Shown here: piece by piece, positions 19,083 through 28,339 of the stretch
How the letters are laid out: each line of letters starts with the position of its first letter
Position numbering within the stretch: the stretch's first letter is position 1
Source of the DNA: Candidatus Bathyarchaeota archaeon
GTDB lineage: Archaea; Thermoproteota; Bathyarchaeia; Bathyarchaeales; Bathyarchaeaceae
Length of the DNA stretch: 64,000 nt
Reading direction: 5' to 3'
Assembly (NCBI GenBank): GCA_050123155.1
Contig: JASFHP010000002.1
Span: forward strand, 3,990-67,989
Notes under the pieces: generated by a model
Seen by the model: only the letters and a program-made list of their open reading frames with translations
What the model was told of the DNA's origin: nothing
Database searches by the model: none
Translations under genes and position numbers: made by a program

Positions 19083-21140
19083 ATGGAAAAAGTCGGAATG
19101 AAACTGAAGCCATTTTCTTCCTTGAATCAAGAGACTGTAGTGATATCCATCAAATTTTTCGTGTTAATATTTACAATAGGAGCCGTTTTTTTTCAAGATT
19201 TAGCCCTAATATTTAAAGACGCTTTACAAACTGAAACAACAAGTTACATTCTAGCTCTCCCCTTCTTAATTGCCTATCTTGTTTACCGAAAAAGAAAAAT
19301 GATAAGGGCAGTAATCACAGTTGACGATCCAGACCAACCGAAAAAGATTAAACACCTACCAACAATCATCGGCATCCTAATCTCAATAACTGCGATGTTC
19401 GCCTACGGATATGGCTCATACACCTTCGCATCTCTGGAATGCCACATTCTCGCTCTGCCCATTTTCGCATCTGGGCTAATACTTATCCTTTTCAATAAAC
19501 AAACACTCAGACAATTAGCTTTCCCCATAGCCTTCCTCGTACTATTAACCCCACCACCAGCAGAAATCCTTTACACCTTAGGTTCAACATTATCACTAAT
19601 AGGTTCAGAAGTCTCCTACAACATCGTAAGACTAGTCAGTATACCTGCCACCCTAATAAGCGAATACGGCAGTCCAGTAATACAGATTACAAGATCAGCC
19701 GGCACAACAATAAACTTTGCCGTAGACATCGCATGTTCAGGCATCTACAGCCTAATCGGTTTCTTAATATTCGCGGTGTTCATTGCTTATATAATGCGGG
19801 ACAAAACATGGAAAAAACTCACATTATTTGTAATCGGATTCCCCGTAATCTACATACTTAACATAATAAGAATAACTACAATTCTCCTAATAGGTTACCA
19901 CTACGGCGAAGAAATTGCACTACAGCTTTTCCACCTGTTAGGCGGATGGGCTCTCATATTTCTAGGGACATTCTTGCTACTGATAATTACAGAAAAACTC
20001 TTACGTGCACAAATCTTCACCAAACAACCACAAAAATGTCCAGGATGCAATCCAAAACCTAATCTAAACTATAATTCTTGCCTCACATGCGGAAGGATAT
20101 TAAAGCCTGCCTCCTTCCGATTACCAAAAACAAACATAATCAAAATGGCTACAATAATTATCAGCGCAATCCTACTAATATCCATTCAAGCACCAGTTTT
20201 TGCTCTAGTAGAGGGCCCTGCGCAAATAATGACTCAGACATCAGAAGGCGAACAAGGCAATATCCAGCTACTGCCACAAATCGAAGGATACACTCTAGAT
20301 TTTGTATACCGTGACACAAACTTCGAGGAAGCTGCGGGGCAAGACGCGTCACTCCTCTATATCTATCAACCCATAGATAGAACAAAGGAAATTGTATGGG
20401 TGACGATTGAAATTGGACCACGTTCATCTCTTCACAGCTGGGAATCGTGCATCATTAGTCACCAACTAAGAATCGGGCGAACTCCAGAAGGAACGCAACT
20501 CGACAATAAAGAGATTCAAATCCAAGAAAACCCGCCTATAATTGCACGGTATTTTGCATTCCAATGGGTAGAAACAAACGAAACCCAAGTAGTTCTGTAC
20601 TGGTTCGGAACCTCATACTTCAAAACAAATGAAACAACATATGAACAAAACCATCTAAAAATAAGCCTGATCACTTATCCTGACACACCCCAAGAAATAA
20701 CAGATGTAGAAACCCTGATACCCTTTGCAGCGGCAATAGCAAGTCACTGGCAACCAATCAAAACTTTGTCGGCAATAACTGTATTCTTATCCCAAAATGG
20801 CGTACACTTTGCCGCGATAACCAGCGCGTCAGCAATTGGCATAATAATCATTTACTACTTGGAGACAAGAAAACAAAGAAAATTAAACACTAATACATAC
20901 CAAAAGCTATCAACACCATGTAAACAGATTATAGACGCAGTTTTGGAAACGCAAAAATCCACAGCAGCCACGCTACACGCTATTGCCGGCACATACAAAA
21001 ACAAAACAGGGAAAAACATAGAAAAGGAAGAGTTATTTCAGAGAATCTCGGAAGTAGAAAGAATAGGCGTAATAAAAAGCTATGTGACAAGCAACCAAGA
21101 TGAGCCAATTCAGATATGGAAAGCGGAGATTTTTTCCTAA
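19083..21140 (+). CDS. Archaeosortase/exosortase-family protein fused to a Zn-ribbon, an EpsI-like extracytoplasmic domain and a C-terminal winged-helix-like tail
   Basis: Polytopic core with DIACSGIYSL (Cys), LNIIRITT (Arg) and LFHLLGGW (His). Then CPGC-x13-CLTCG, a TM helix, a ~200-aa domain containing SSLHSWESC, another TM helix and an ~85-aa helical tail. Confidence 0.8.
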   Translation: MEKVGMKLKPFSSLNQETVVISIKFFVLIFTIGAVFFQDLALIFKDALQTETTSYILALPFLIAYLVYRKRKMIRAVITVDDPDQPKKIKHLPTIIGILISITAMFAYGYGSYTFASLECHILALPIFASGLILILFNKQTLRQLAFPIAFLVLLTPPPAEILYTLGSTLSLIGSEVSYNIVRLVSIPATLISEYGSPVIQITRSAGTTINFAVDIACSGIYSLIGFLIFAVFIAYIMRDKTWKKLTLFVIGFPVIYILNIIRITTILLIGYHYGEEIALQLFHLLGGWALIFLGTFLLLIITEKLLRAQIFTKQPQKCPGCNPKPNLNYNSCLTCGRILKPASFRLPKTNIIKMATIIISAILLISIQAPVFALVEGPAQIMTQTSEGEQGNIQLLPQIEGYTLDFVYRDTNFEEAAGQDASLLYIYQPIDRTKEIVWVTIEIGPRSSLHSWESCIISHQLRIGRTPEGTQLDNKEIQIQENPPIIARYFAFQWVETNETQVVLYWFGTSYFKTNETTYEQNHLKISLITYPDTPQEITDVETLIPFAAAIASHWQPIKTLSAITVFLSQNGVHFAAITSASAIGIIIIYYLETRKQRKLNTNTYQKLSTPCKQIIDAVLETQKSTAATLHAIAGTYKNKTGKNIEKEELFQRISEVERIGVIKSYVTSNQDEPIQIWKAEIFS

Positions 21141-21156
21141 AAAGGGTGAATGTTAT

Positions 21157-22353
21157 ATGCAAGAACTTCGAATCTTCAATAATGAAAGAAACCTTGAAGC
21201 TAGAAAGATGTATGAAACAAGTTTAACGAAAGTTATAACCTTCATATTTCTTGTCATGGGTGCGATTGCCCTATTCGTTTCTATTGTTTACGCTTCTTCA
21301 ATATTGGCTTTTATAGGCCTAGGTCTAGTCTTCTGGGGTGCATTCCTCGCATACATCCAACCCGAACAATACACAAAAAAGGTTATCCTAGACGCAACAG
21401 TAATTCCTTCAATAGATACCTTGAATCAAATAATACAAGAACTGAACTACAAAGGCAAAGCAATATACCTGCCGCCAGAATACCTCAAAAATCCAGAAGC
21501 AAGCAAAGTCTACATATCTAAGCAAAAAGAAGGAGAACTTCCAGAACCTGAACTAACCATAAAACATGAAAACAAACTCTTCGTTGGAAACCCAAATGGC
21601 ATTCTGTTGACACCACCCGGCGCCCAATTATCAAGACTCTTCGAAAAACTACTAGATACGAACTTCACAAAAACTGACCTAAACTACATCACCCACAACA
21701 TGCCAAAAATCCTAATAGAAAACCTCGAAATCGCAGAAAACGTAAAAATAGAAACAGAAAACAACAAAATCAAAATAAAAATAACCAACTCTACCTTCAA
21801 AGAAACACACAAAGGAACTGACAAGCTTTCACATACGTACCCTTACTTCAGCTGCCCACTCTCAAGTGCCGTCGCCTGTGCATTCACAAAAGCCACAGGA
21901 AAACCAATAGCCATCGAAAATGTGCAAGTATCCGAAGATGGAAATGTTGTCGAAACAACCTACCACATTCTGGGAAATATTGAAACTGAAACGGGTTCAC
22001 CAGAGACAGGAAAAATTGAAATTGAAACTGAAACATATTCACCAGCAATAAAATCTGAAGGACTTCTAACAGAATCCAGCCAACTATTAACAAGAAAGCA
22101 TCTTTTGTCGAATCTAGCCAGCTTATTCCTAACTTCTTTTGGGTTAATTATTCTAGTTTGGGTCGGCTGGTTAACATGGTATGATATGACTGTTTGGAGT
22201 AAGAACATTGTCACTATATTCCTTGGGTCTAGAGTAGGCGAAGCTATCAGCCTAGGGATAGGCATGAAACTGATTTACTATCTTCTAATAGGTCTAGCAT
22301 CCTTTCTTTCAGGACTAGTTACATACATACGTTCGAATATGAGGAAGGTGTAA
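21157..22353 (+). CDS. Uncharacterised membrane protein (2 N-terminal and ~3 C-terminal TM helices around a soluble domain)
   Basis: GGGTGA RBS 8 nt upstream of the ATG, which lies 16 nt after the archaeosortase stop. The central domain has YFSCPLSSAVACAFTKATGKPIAIENV, which is faintly V4R-like (very tentative). Confidence 0.6.
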   Translation: MQELRIFNNERNLEARKMYETSLTKVITFIFLVMGAIALFVSIVYASSILAFIGLGLVFWGAFLAYIQPEQYTKKVILDATVIPSIDTLNQIIQELNYKGKAIYLPPEYLKNPEASKVYISKQKEGELPEPELTIKHENKLFVGNPNGILLTPPGAQLSRLFEKLLDTNFTKTDLNYITHNMPKILIENLEIAENVKIETENNKIKIKITNSTFKETHKGTDKLSHTYPYFSCPLSSAVACAFTKATGKPIAIENVQVSEDGNVVETTYHILGNIETETGSPETGKIEIETETYSPAIKSEGLLTESSQLLTRKHLLSNLASLFLTSFGLIILVWVGWLTWYDMTVWSKNIVTIFLGSRVGEAISLGIGMKLIYYLLIGLASFLSGLVTYIRSNMRKV

Positions 22354-22355
22354 AA

Positions 22356-22568
22356 ATGAGGATCCCATTATCTTTCTGGGACATAAGCCTGTGGCTAGCA
22401 GTCACAGCCATAATCCTGCTTATAACTTCAGAACTCATATCACCATATTACAGAAAAAGCAAAATCTATGTCAACAAACAGAGACTAAGAAATACGGCAT
22501 TCATCGTTGGAACACTATTTCTTATGACAGTAATTATGCGCATGTATGAAATTATAATGTTCGCATAA
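22356..22568 (+). CDS. Small two-TM membrane protein
   Basis: It starts 2 nt after the upstream stop codon and has two clear hydrophobic helices. I recognise no family. Confidence 0.5.
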   Translation: MRIPLSFWDISLWLAVTAIILLITSELISPYYRKSKIYVNKQRLRNTAFIVGTLFLMTVIMRMYEIIMFA

Positions 22569-22678
22569 TATAATATGTGCATGCATTTAACAAACAAAAT
22601 TCTATAACATCCATCCATACGATTTTAAATAGAGGATTAATGAGATTAATCACAAGTAAATTTAGGAAGAACAACAAC

Positions 22679-23356
22679 ATGAAACTGAAGAATTATGTAA
22701 TGTTATTTATGGTTCTGTCTCTGATTTCGATTCCTTGTGTGATGGCAAACGGAGCAGGTCTTTTAAGAATAGATCCCTATTGGCCCACGACGGTTGGTAG
22801 TCCTGCTGAATTCGAAGTATGGTGTAATTCTGGTAATTCATATGACGTGAAGATCCATTTGGCTGTAACTAAAGATTGTTATGATTCAATGGCTGCTACA
22901 GATGCAGTTGTGGTCGAATATGGCGGTTCTGTGATAGCCTCTTTTGATAAGGGGGATTTCACAGGTGTTACTGCTAATGGTGAAAAAGTTCCTGCCGTTA
23001 TAGGATACACGGTTGCGAGTCTGAAAGACCACATAGATGAAGGCCTAAGCACTCCGCTTGGAGCAAGCGACACAATTTATTGGGCTTGGAAACCTCTCGC
23101 TAACGCAGCTTTTGACCCCCTCGGTGAAGACCATGAAGAAATCACGGTAACCGTAAATGCAGGAAACATAAGAATGCTGGTCCACCTGTTTGGAAACAGT
23201 GTAGACAATAGCGGAGAGTTCGATATGAGAGTGCCTACAACACCATCAGGGTTCGTTATTCCGGAAGTTGCAGTTGGATCTGTAATGGCCGTTGCAGCTA
23301 TGTTCACTGCTCTGGGACTATTCGCCTACAAGAAAAAACACAAACCAACAAAATAG
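22679..23356 (+). CDS. Secreted protein with a PEF-CTERM-like anchor
   Basis: Signal peptide MKLKNYVMLFMVLSLISIPCVMANG. The tail is VIPEV + TM + KKKHKPTK. AGGAAG RBS. Confidence 0.65.
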   Translation: MKLKNYVMLFMVLSLISIPCVMANGAGLLRIDPYWPTTVGSPAEFEVWCNSGNSYDVKIHLAVTKDCYDSMAATDAVVVEYGGSVIASFDKGDFTGVTANGEKVPAVIGYTVASLKDHIDEGLSTPLGASDTIYWAWKPLANAAFDPLGEDHEEITVTVNAGNIRMLVHLFGNSVDNSGEFDMRVPTTPSGFVIPEVAVGSVMAVAAMFTALGLFAYKKKHKPTK

Positions 23357-23383
23357 CCGCTACAAACCTTAACACCCTTTAGT

Positions 23384-23399
23384 TTATTTTTTATTTTTT
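23384..23399 (+). terminator. Oligo-T tract (archaeal-type terminator candidate)
   Basis: TTATTTTTTATTTTTT lies 28 nt after the stop codon at 23356. Confidence 0.4.
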
Positions 23400-23519
23400 G
23401 TAATTTTAGTTCCAATCCCTTTTCTTTTATCGAGAATCTAAAATCTAAACAGCCTTTCGACTAGAAGATCAAATATTATTAAGCTGTTGCCCCAACATCT
23501 CCCCAAAGAAGTGAAGACA

Positions 23520-24113
23520 ATGAACCAAAAAAACAAAGACACGCTTGATAAAACACTGATAAAACTAGTGCAAGAAAAAAAACCAGCAAACGTACAACAA
23601 CTGGTTGATCTAACGAAATCAGAGATTTCCTTTATCCCAGAACAGAAAATTCTCCAACATATCCTCCGACTTGAAAGCCAAGGCAAAATAACGCTAGAAC
23701 CTTTAACACAAACTCCACCAAAATTAAGCACATATCTAAAGACGCCAGAGGCTACATGGTACTGGATAACCATTTTTCTGGCAACGACGACAGCATTAAT
23801 CATATTCATTATCCCAGAGAACTCCCCACTAATATATTTAAGACAGGTTCTTGGAGCCATCTTTGTTGTATTCCTGCCAGGCTACAGCCTCATCAAAGCA
23901 TTATTTCCAGAGAAAAACTTGGATACCATAGAACGCATCGTCCTAAGCCTAGGAATGAGCTTAGCCCTAGTTCCCGTCACAGGACTAATGCTCAACTACA
24001 CACCATGGGGCATAAGAACCATCCCAATCACCCTAAGCCTTCTAACCCTTACAATCATCTTTGCCACTGTAGCCATCATAAGAGAACACCAAACCAAAAA
24101 ACAAAGCCAATGA
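23520..24113 (+). CDS. DUF1616-like membrane protein with an N-terminal winged-helix-like module
   Basis: VLGAIFVVFLPGYSLIKALFP...SLGMSLALVPVTGLMLNYTPWGI resembles the DUF1616 N-terminal membrane region. The N-terminus (LIKLVQEKKPANVQQLVDL...ILRLESQGKITLEP) is wHTH-like. Confidence 0.6.
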   Translation: MNQKNKDTLDKTLIKLVQEKKPANVQQLVDLTKSEISFIPEQKILQHILRLESQGKITLEPLTQTPPKLSTYLKTPEATWYWITIFLATTTALIIFIIPENSPLIYLRQVLGAIFVVFLPGYSLIKALFPEKNLDTIERIVLSLGMSLALVPVTGLMLNYTPWGIRTIPITLSLLTLTIIFATVAIIREHQTKKQSQ

Positions 24114-24181
24114 CAAACTAAGGCGCATTCAGAATAACACTCAACTTCCAATCATACCCGAAAGGATCAGAGGCAGCTAAC

Positions 24182-25705
24182 ATGGAAACTGGCAACATAG
24201 CTGGAGGAACTCTCAGGATAACACTTGCCAACGCCTCCCAATACGTAATTATTGCAGTATTCTACATGGTTGTCACAAAAACAAATGCCCTATCTCAAAC
24301 AGACATCGGCACTCTATCAATCCTTAGCTTTCTCGCTTCCACCTTCTCATTGCTGACCATGCTGGCACTACCTACGGCCCTAACAAAATTCACTTCTGAA
24401 AACATGGGAAAAAACCAAAAAGAGAAGGCAACAGCAACACAAAAAGCAATAACAAAAATTGTAATCGCATTATCGATATCAGGACTCTTAGTAGCTGCCC
24501 TCTTTTCACCACTAATTTCTCAATATTTATTGGGCAATCCTGAATACGCAATCATTCTCATCCTAAATTTTGTCTATGCTTCTCTATCCAACATAACAGC
24601 TTTATGTAGATCTACTCTACAAGCACTCTACCTTTTCGGAAAAATGGCTACCATCACCCTAACATTCTACCTGACAAGTCGATTAACAGCCCTCCTCTTA
24701 GCATTGTTTCAGATGGGCGCCACAGGAGTAATAATAGGCTATATAGTCGGATCAGTAATAGCCATAGTCCTTGCCCTGAGCCTTCTTCATAAAAAACTGC
24801 CGAGAACAACAGAAAAAATTTCACTGAAACCGTTGCTGCACTTCAGTTTTCCCCTGTTTTTAAGCTCCGTAACAGAACTTGTACTATCATGGGCAGACGT
24901 CGTAATTTTAACTTCACTAACAGGCGACTTATCTTTAACCGGAATCTACCATATTGTGGTCAATAGCGTAGGCGCCCTCGGAATCTTATACATATCCGTA
25001 AACACCACAATATTCCCAGCCCTATCAGCACACCACGGTCTCGAAAAACCCCAAAACATCAGCAAGACCCTAAAAACCACAAGCCGATACCTTATCTATA
25101 TACTCCTCCCTAGCTGCATAGGATTAGCAATCATAGCACCAACAGCTCTCACCTTCTTCTACGGTCCCAGCTATGTAAAAGGAGCCTTACCACTTGCAAT
25201 CCTATCAATAACAACAATAATCATGGCGCTATTATCACTATGTAAAACAACATTTCAAGCCATAGGAAAAACAGGTCAAATACTAAAAATTAACATAATT
25301 GCAGCTATATCATCAGTTCTAATGTTGCTTTCACTCGTCCCTCTTTTCGAAACAACGGGAGCAGCGTTCGCTCGCATAACCACACAAGCAATAGTCCTCG
25401 TCGTAGCAGTTTACATTCTAAGAAGGGAAATCAAAATACAAATAGACAAAGAAGCGATATGGAAAGCTACAGTCTCTACATTGGCAACTGTCCCCTTCTT
25501 ACTCGCCATCGAACTAATCTTAAGCAAAAACTTTTCCACAACCCAAACCCTCGCCCTAGAACTACTAACCGCAACAGGAATCTATGCAGTCTCCATTTAT
25601 GCTCTAAAGGCACTGAAAAAACAGGACTTCCAACTGCTAAGACAAGCTTTCCCCAAACCTCTCACAAAATACATCAACATACTAGAGCGCATAATCGTCA
25701 GATAA
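24182..25705 (+). CDS. MOP/Wzx-type polysaccharide (oligosaccharide-lipid) flippase
   Basis: About 14 TM segments, 507 aa, with the typical size and hydrophobicity pattern, in glycan-locus context. Confidence 0.75.
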   Translation: METGNIAGGTLRITLANASQYVIIAVFYMVVTKTNALSQTDIGTLSILSFLASTFSLLTMLALPTALTKFTSENMGKNQKEKATATQKAITKIVIALSISGLLVAALFSPLISQYLLGNPEYAIILILNFVYASLSNITALCRSTLQALYLFGKMATITLTFYLTSRLTALLLALFQMGATGVIIGYIVGSVIAIVLALSLLHKKLPRTTEKISLKPLLHFSFPLFLSSVTELVLSWADVVILTSLTGDLSLTGIYHIVVNSVGALGILYISVNTTIFPALSAHHGLEKPQNISKTLKTTSRYLIYILLPSCIGLAIIAPTALTFFYGPSYVKGALPLAILSITTIIMALLSLCKTTFQAIGKTGQILKINIIAAISSVLMLLSLVPLFETTGAAFARITTQAIVLVVAVYILRREIKIQIDKEAIWKATVSTLATVPFLLAIELILSKNFSTTQTLALELLTATGIYAVSIYALKALKKQDFQLLRQAFPKPLTKYINILERIIVR

Positions 25706-25780
25706 AGAAATGATTTTCTAGAATAGAATTCCATACTATCTTAAATATAAGAAAATATTTAACACCTGTCATCAGTTAGG

Positions 25781-26374
25781 ATGAGACATAAAATGAAAGG
25801 AAAAATATTAACAATAGGGTTTTTAACAGTTATCGCATCCCTTCTATTGTGCAGTGCAGTCCATGCCTCATGGTCAACCCTAGAAACGGGTTACGCCGTA
25901 ACTTCAGATTGGAAAGGAATGCAAACAGAAGATGGTACACCTGTAACCATAACAGCAGGTACACTTGATCCCACCGTAACATCAGTGACCTTCGGATGGT
26001 TATCAATCCCAGACGGAGGCGGCAATTATGTATTAGAAGAAACCGTGCCAGTCTATACAAATGGCACCATTGGACAGTGGAAGGACGGCACGCCAGCTGA
26101 AATAAGGTATGCCAGTAGTACTTATGTAGTAGTCCCTGAAGGCTTTTGGGCAGTCCAAGTATTCTTTAACTCTGAAGAAGGCGATCCTGTCATTAACTCT
26201 GAAGGAGAAGGCAATGTTGTAAACCAACAGTTCTCTTGGATAGGTACAATGCAGTCCGATAACAGCACGGTCTTTCCTACTCCAGAAATACCATTAGGAA
26301 CAATTGGAGCATCAGTCGCTATGGTAGCCGCTTTAGGACTATTCATGATAAAGAAGAAAAGACGCCAAGAATAG
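25781..26374 (+). CDS. Secreted protein with a PEF-CTERM-like anchor
   Basis: Signal peptide ...LLLCSAVHAS. The tail is TPEIPLGT + TM + KKKRRQE. Confidence 0.65.
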   Translation: MRHKMKGKILTIGFLTVIASLLLCSAVHASWSTLETGYAVTSDWKGMQTEDGTPVTITAGTLDPTVTSVTFGWLSIPDGGGNYVLEETVPVYTNGTIGQWKDGTPAEIRYASSTYVVVPEGFWAVQVFFNSEEGDPVINSEGEGNVVNQQFSWIGTMQSDNSTVFPTPEIPLGTIGASVAMVAALGLFMIKKKRRQE

Positions 26375-26500
26375 CGCCAAAAACCCAGATAGTTAAACGA
26401 GGATAGCAACAAAATCAGAGTTAATAATCTGCCAACTTCCCTAACCTCTTTTCAATTTTTTCATACAACAACTAAAAAAAGCGTTTGTCAGATTATTTGC

Positions 26501-26522
26501 ATGTTTCTTTGAGACGAAACAT
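26501..26522. terminator. Hairpin ATGTTTC-N8-GAAACAT between convergent genes
   Basis: Perfect 7-bp stem read directly from the sequence, in the convergent intergenic region 26375-26640. Confidence 0.3.
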
Positions 26523-26640
26523 CAAAATAACCATTCGCTAAATCAACATTCCCGTTTTTACCTAATCAATAACTAGCACATCATTTTCTATCGGTAAAAA
26601 AGAGAAGCGATAACCAGCAACACCAACTGGAAGATCTATG

Positions 26641-27108
26641 TTAGCTGGTTCCAACTATGTTGATGTCAAAGCTGAAGTTTGTTACTCCTTCAATGCTTCC
26701 ATCTACGGATAGAGTGAATGTAACTTGAACTACTGCATATCCATTGATGGGATTTCCATTATAGTTCCAGCTGAGACTAAGATAATCTGCGGCTTCTGGT
26801 GGGGCCCAACCTGAGGGGTACATAGATAGGGTCAATGCTGAACTGCCTTCGTTCCTGATGTAGCAAACTTTGGCTTGGCTTTCTCCTGGTTGAAGTGTTC
26901 CCCATGCTAAAGAAGTTAGTGGAGTGGCACATCCGACATCGTGATAAACGCCGATGTTGGCAGTAGTTTGTATCTGTATTGATCCTGTACTGGATAATGT
27001 TTCGGTTGCCTGAGTTGCAGGGTATGCTTGACTTATCAGTGATAGACCTAATGTGTAGGTTATGAGTATGATTATGGCGCCTGTGATTATGGACTCTTTG
27101 CTTGCCAT
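26641..27108 (-). CDS. Secreted or membrane-anchored beta-rich protein of unknown function
   Basis: N-terminal hydrophobic segment IITGAIIILITYTLGLSLIS, then a Ser/Thr/Gly-rich beta-type sequence. I recognise no family. Confidence 0.5.
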   Translation of the reverse strand: MASKESIITGAIIILITYTLGLSLISQAYPATQATETLSSTGSIQIQTTANIGVYHDVGCATPLTSLAWGTLQPGESQAKVCYIRNEGSSALTLSMYPSGWAPPEAADYLSLSWNYNGNPINGYAVVQVTFTLSVDGSIEGVTNFSFDINIVGTS

Positions 27109-27273
27109 TGACTACACCATCATTATATTGTGTATTAAGACTTAATAAATATTTTTGTTTAAACGCACTACACATATACAAATATTCACAAAAAGCCAAA
27201 AAACAAAATTTCTACTCAGAAAAGCAGTTACAGAGAGAAAATTCAACTTAAAAACATCAACTAATCTTATCCG

Positions 27274-27594
27274 TTACATTTGGGTAAGCTGATATTTGAT
27301 CTCCTCACTTTCACTATAGCAATCCATGATTCTGTAACAACCCAAACACCTTTCCGAAACAGAGCCGTCATCATTAATCTCTTTTATGTTTCCGAATCCA
27401 CGTGGACATTCTGTGTAGTCGTTTTGAGAATATGATATGAATTTTTCTGGGCTTGTATTGTTTGTTAATATTCCTCGGAAAATTTGTTGATCAGGAATGT
27501 TCGCTAACTTTGTCCAATAGAGCACAACGAGAACTAAAACTGCCATAACCAAAATAATGTCAATTGCGGTCAGTTCGAAAGATATCATGTTCAT
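27274..27594 (-). CDS. Membrane-anchored Cys-rich small protein
   Basis: One N-terminal TM helix. Cysteines at ECPRGFG and CLGCYRIMDC. Confidence 0.4.
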   Translation of the reverse strand: MNMISFELTAIDIILVMAVLVLVVLYWTKLANIPDQQIFRGILTNNTSPEKFISYSQNDYTECPRGFGNIKEINDDGSVSERCLGCYRIMDCYSESEEIKYQLTQM

Positions 27595-27733
27595 CCAGTT
27601 TCCCCCTTTCTTATTCTATGTATATAGATTTGATGAATTTGACGTATTAATTTGCGGTGTGAAGCTACAAATAGTATTGTTAAGATTTATCAGCAAGAAT
27701 GAGTGAGCGTTAAGATGTTTGAGGGAACAGTTC

Positions 27734-28339
27734 ATGTATGCTGTTGGACACTTTGCTTTAGGATACTTGACCGGAAAGCTGACAGCTGAATCGCTGGACG
27801 TTAACGTTAATCTCCCCTTACTGTTTTTAGCATCAGTTTTTCCTGACATCGATATATTGATACCTGGTTTGGTGCATAGGGGACCTCTACATTCGGTGGT
27901 ATTTTTCTGTCTCCTCTTTTTGCCCATATTTGCAATTTATAAAAAAAGGGCTGTGCCGTATTTTGTTGCGTTAATCCAGCACATCATAATTGGCGATTAC
28001 CTGATAGGTGGAGATCTGCAACTACTATGGCCATTGACCCTTAATACATACGGTCTTTACATTGAAATGGGAAGTTTAATTCATGTTGCCCTTGAATGGG
28101 GGCTTTTCATTATCTCGATGGCGTTTATGATCAAAATGAAGGACGTATTTTTTATATTCAAACCTCACCCATCAAATATGATTTTTGCCATACCGGTCAT
28201 AACTGTTCTCTTGCCTACACTCATAAGTTTCCCCTTGTATGTTCCTTTGGCGTTGCTTATTCCCCACATTGTCTATCTGATTCTTTTCACTATCCCCCTC
28301 ATGATAGATTTGAAGATGATGCTTACAAAGAAAGTATAA
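27734..28339 (+). CDS. YdjM/DUF457-family membrane-bound metal-dependent hydrolase
   Basis: HFALGYL...FPDIDILIPGLVHRGPLHS matches the family His/Asp pattern. Polytopic. Confidence 0.7.
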   Translation: MYAVGHFALGYLTGKLTAESLDVNVNLPLLFLASVFPDIDILIPGLVHRGPLHSVVFFCLLFLPIFAIYKKRAVPYFVALIQHIIIGDYLIGGDLQLLWPLTLNTYGLYIEMGSLIHVALEWGLFIISMAFMIKMKDVFFIFKPHPSNMIFAIPVITVLLPTLISFPLYVPLALLIPHIVYLILFTIPLMIDLKMMLTKKV

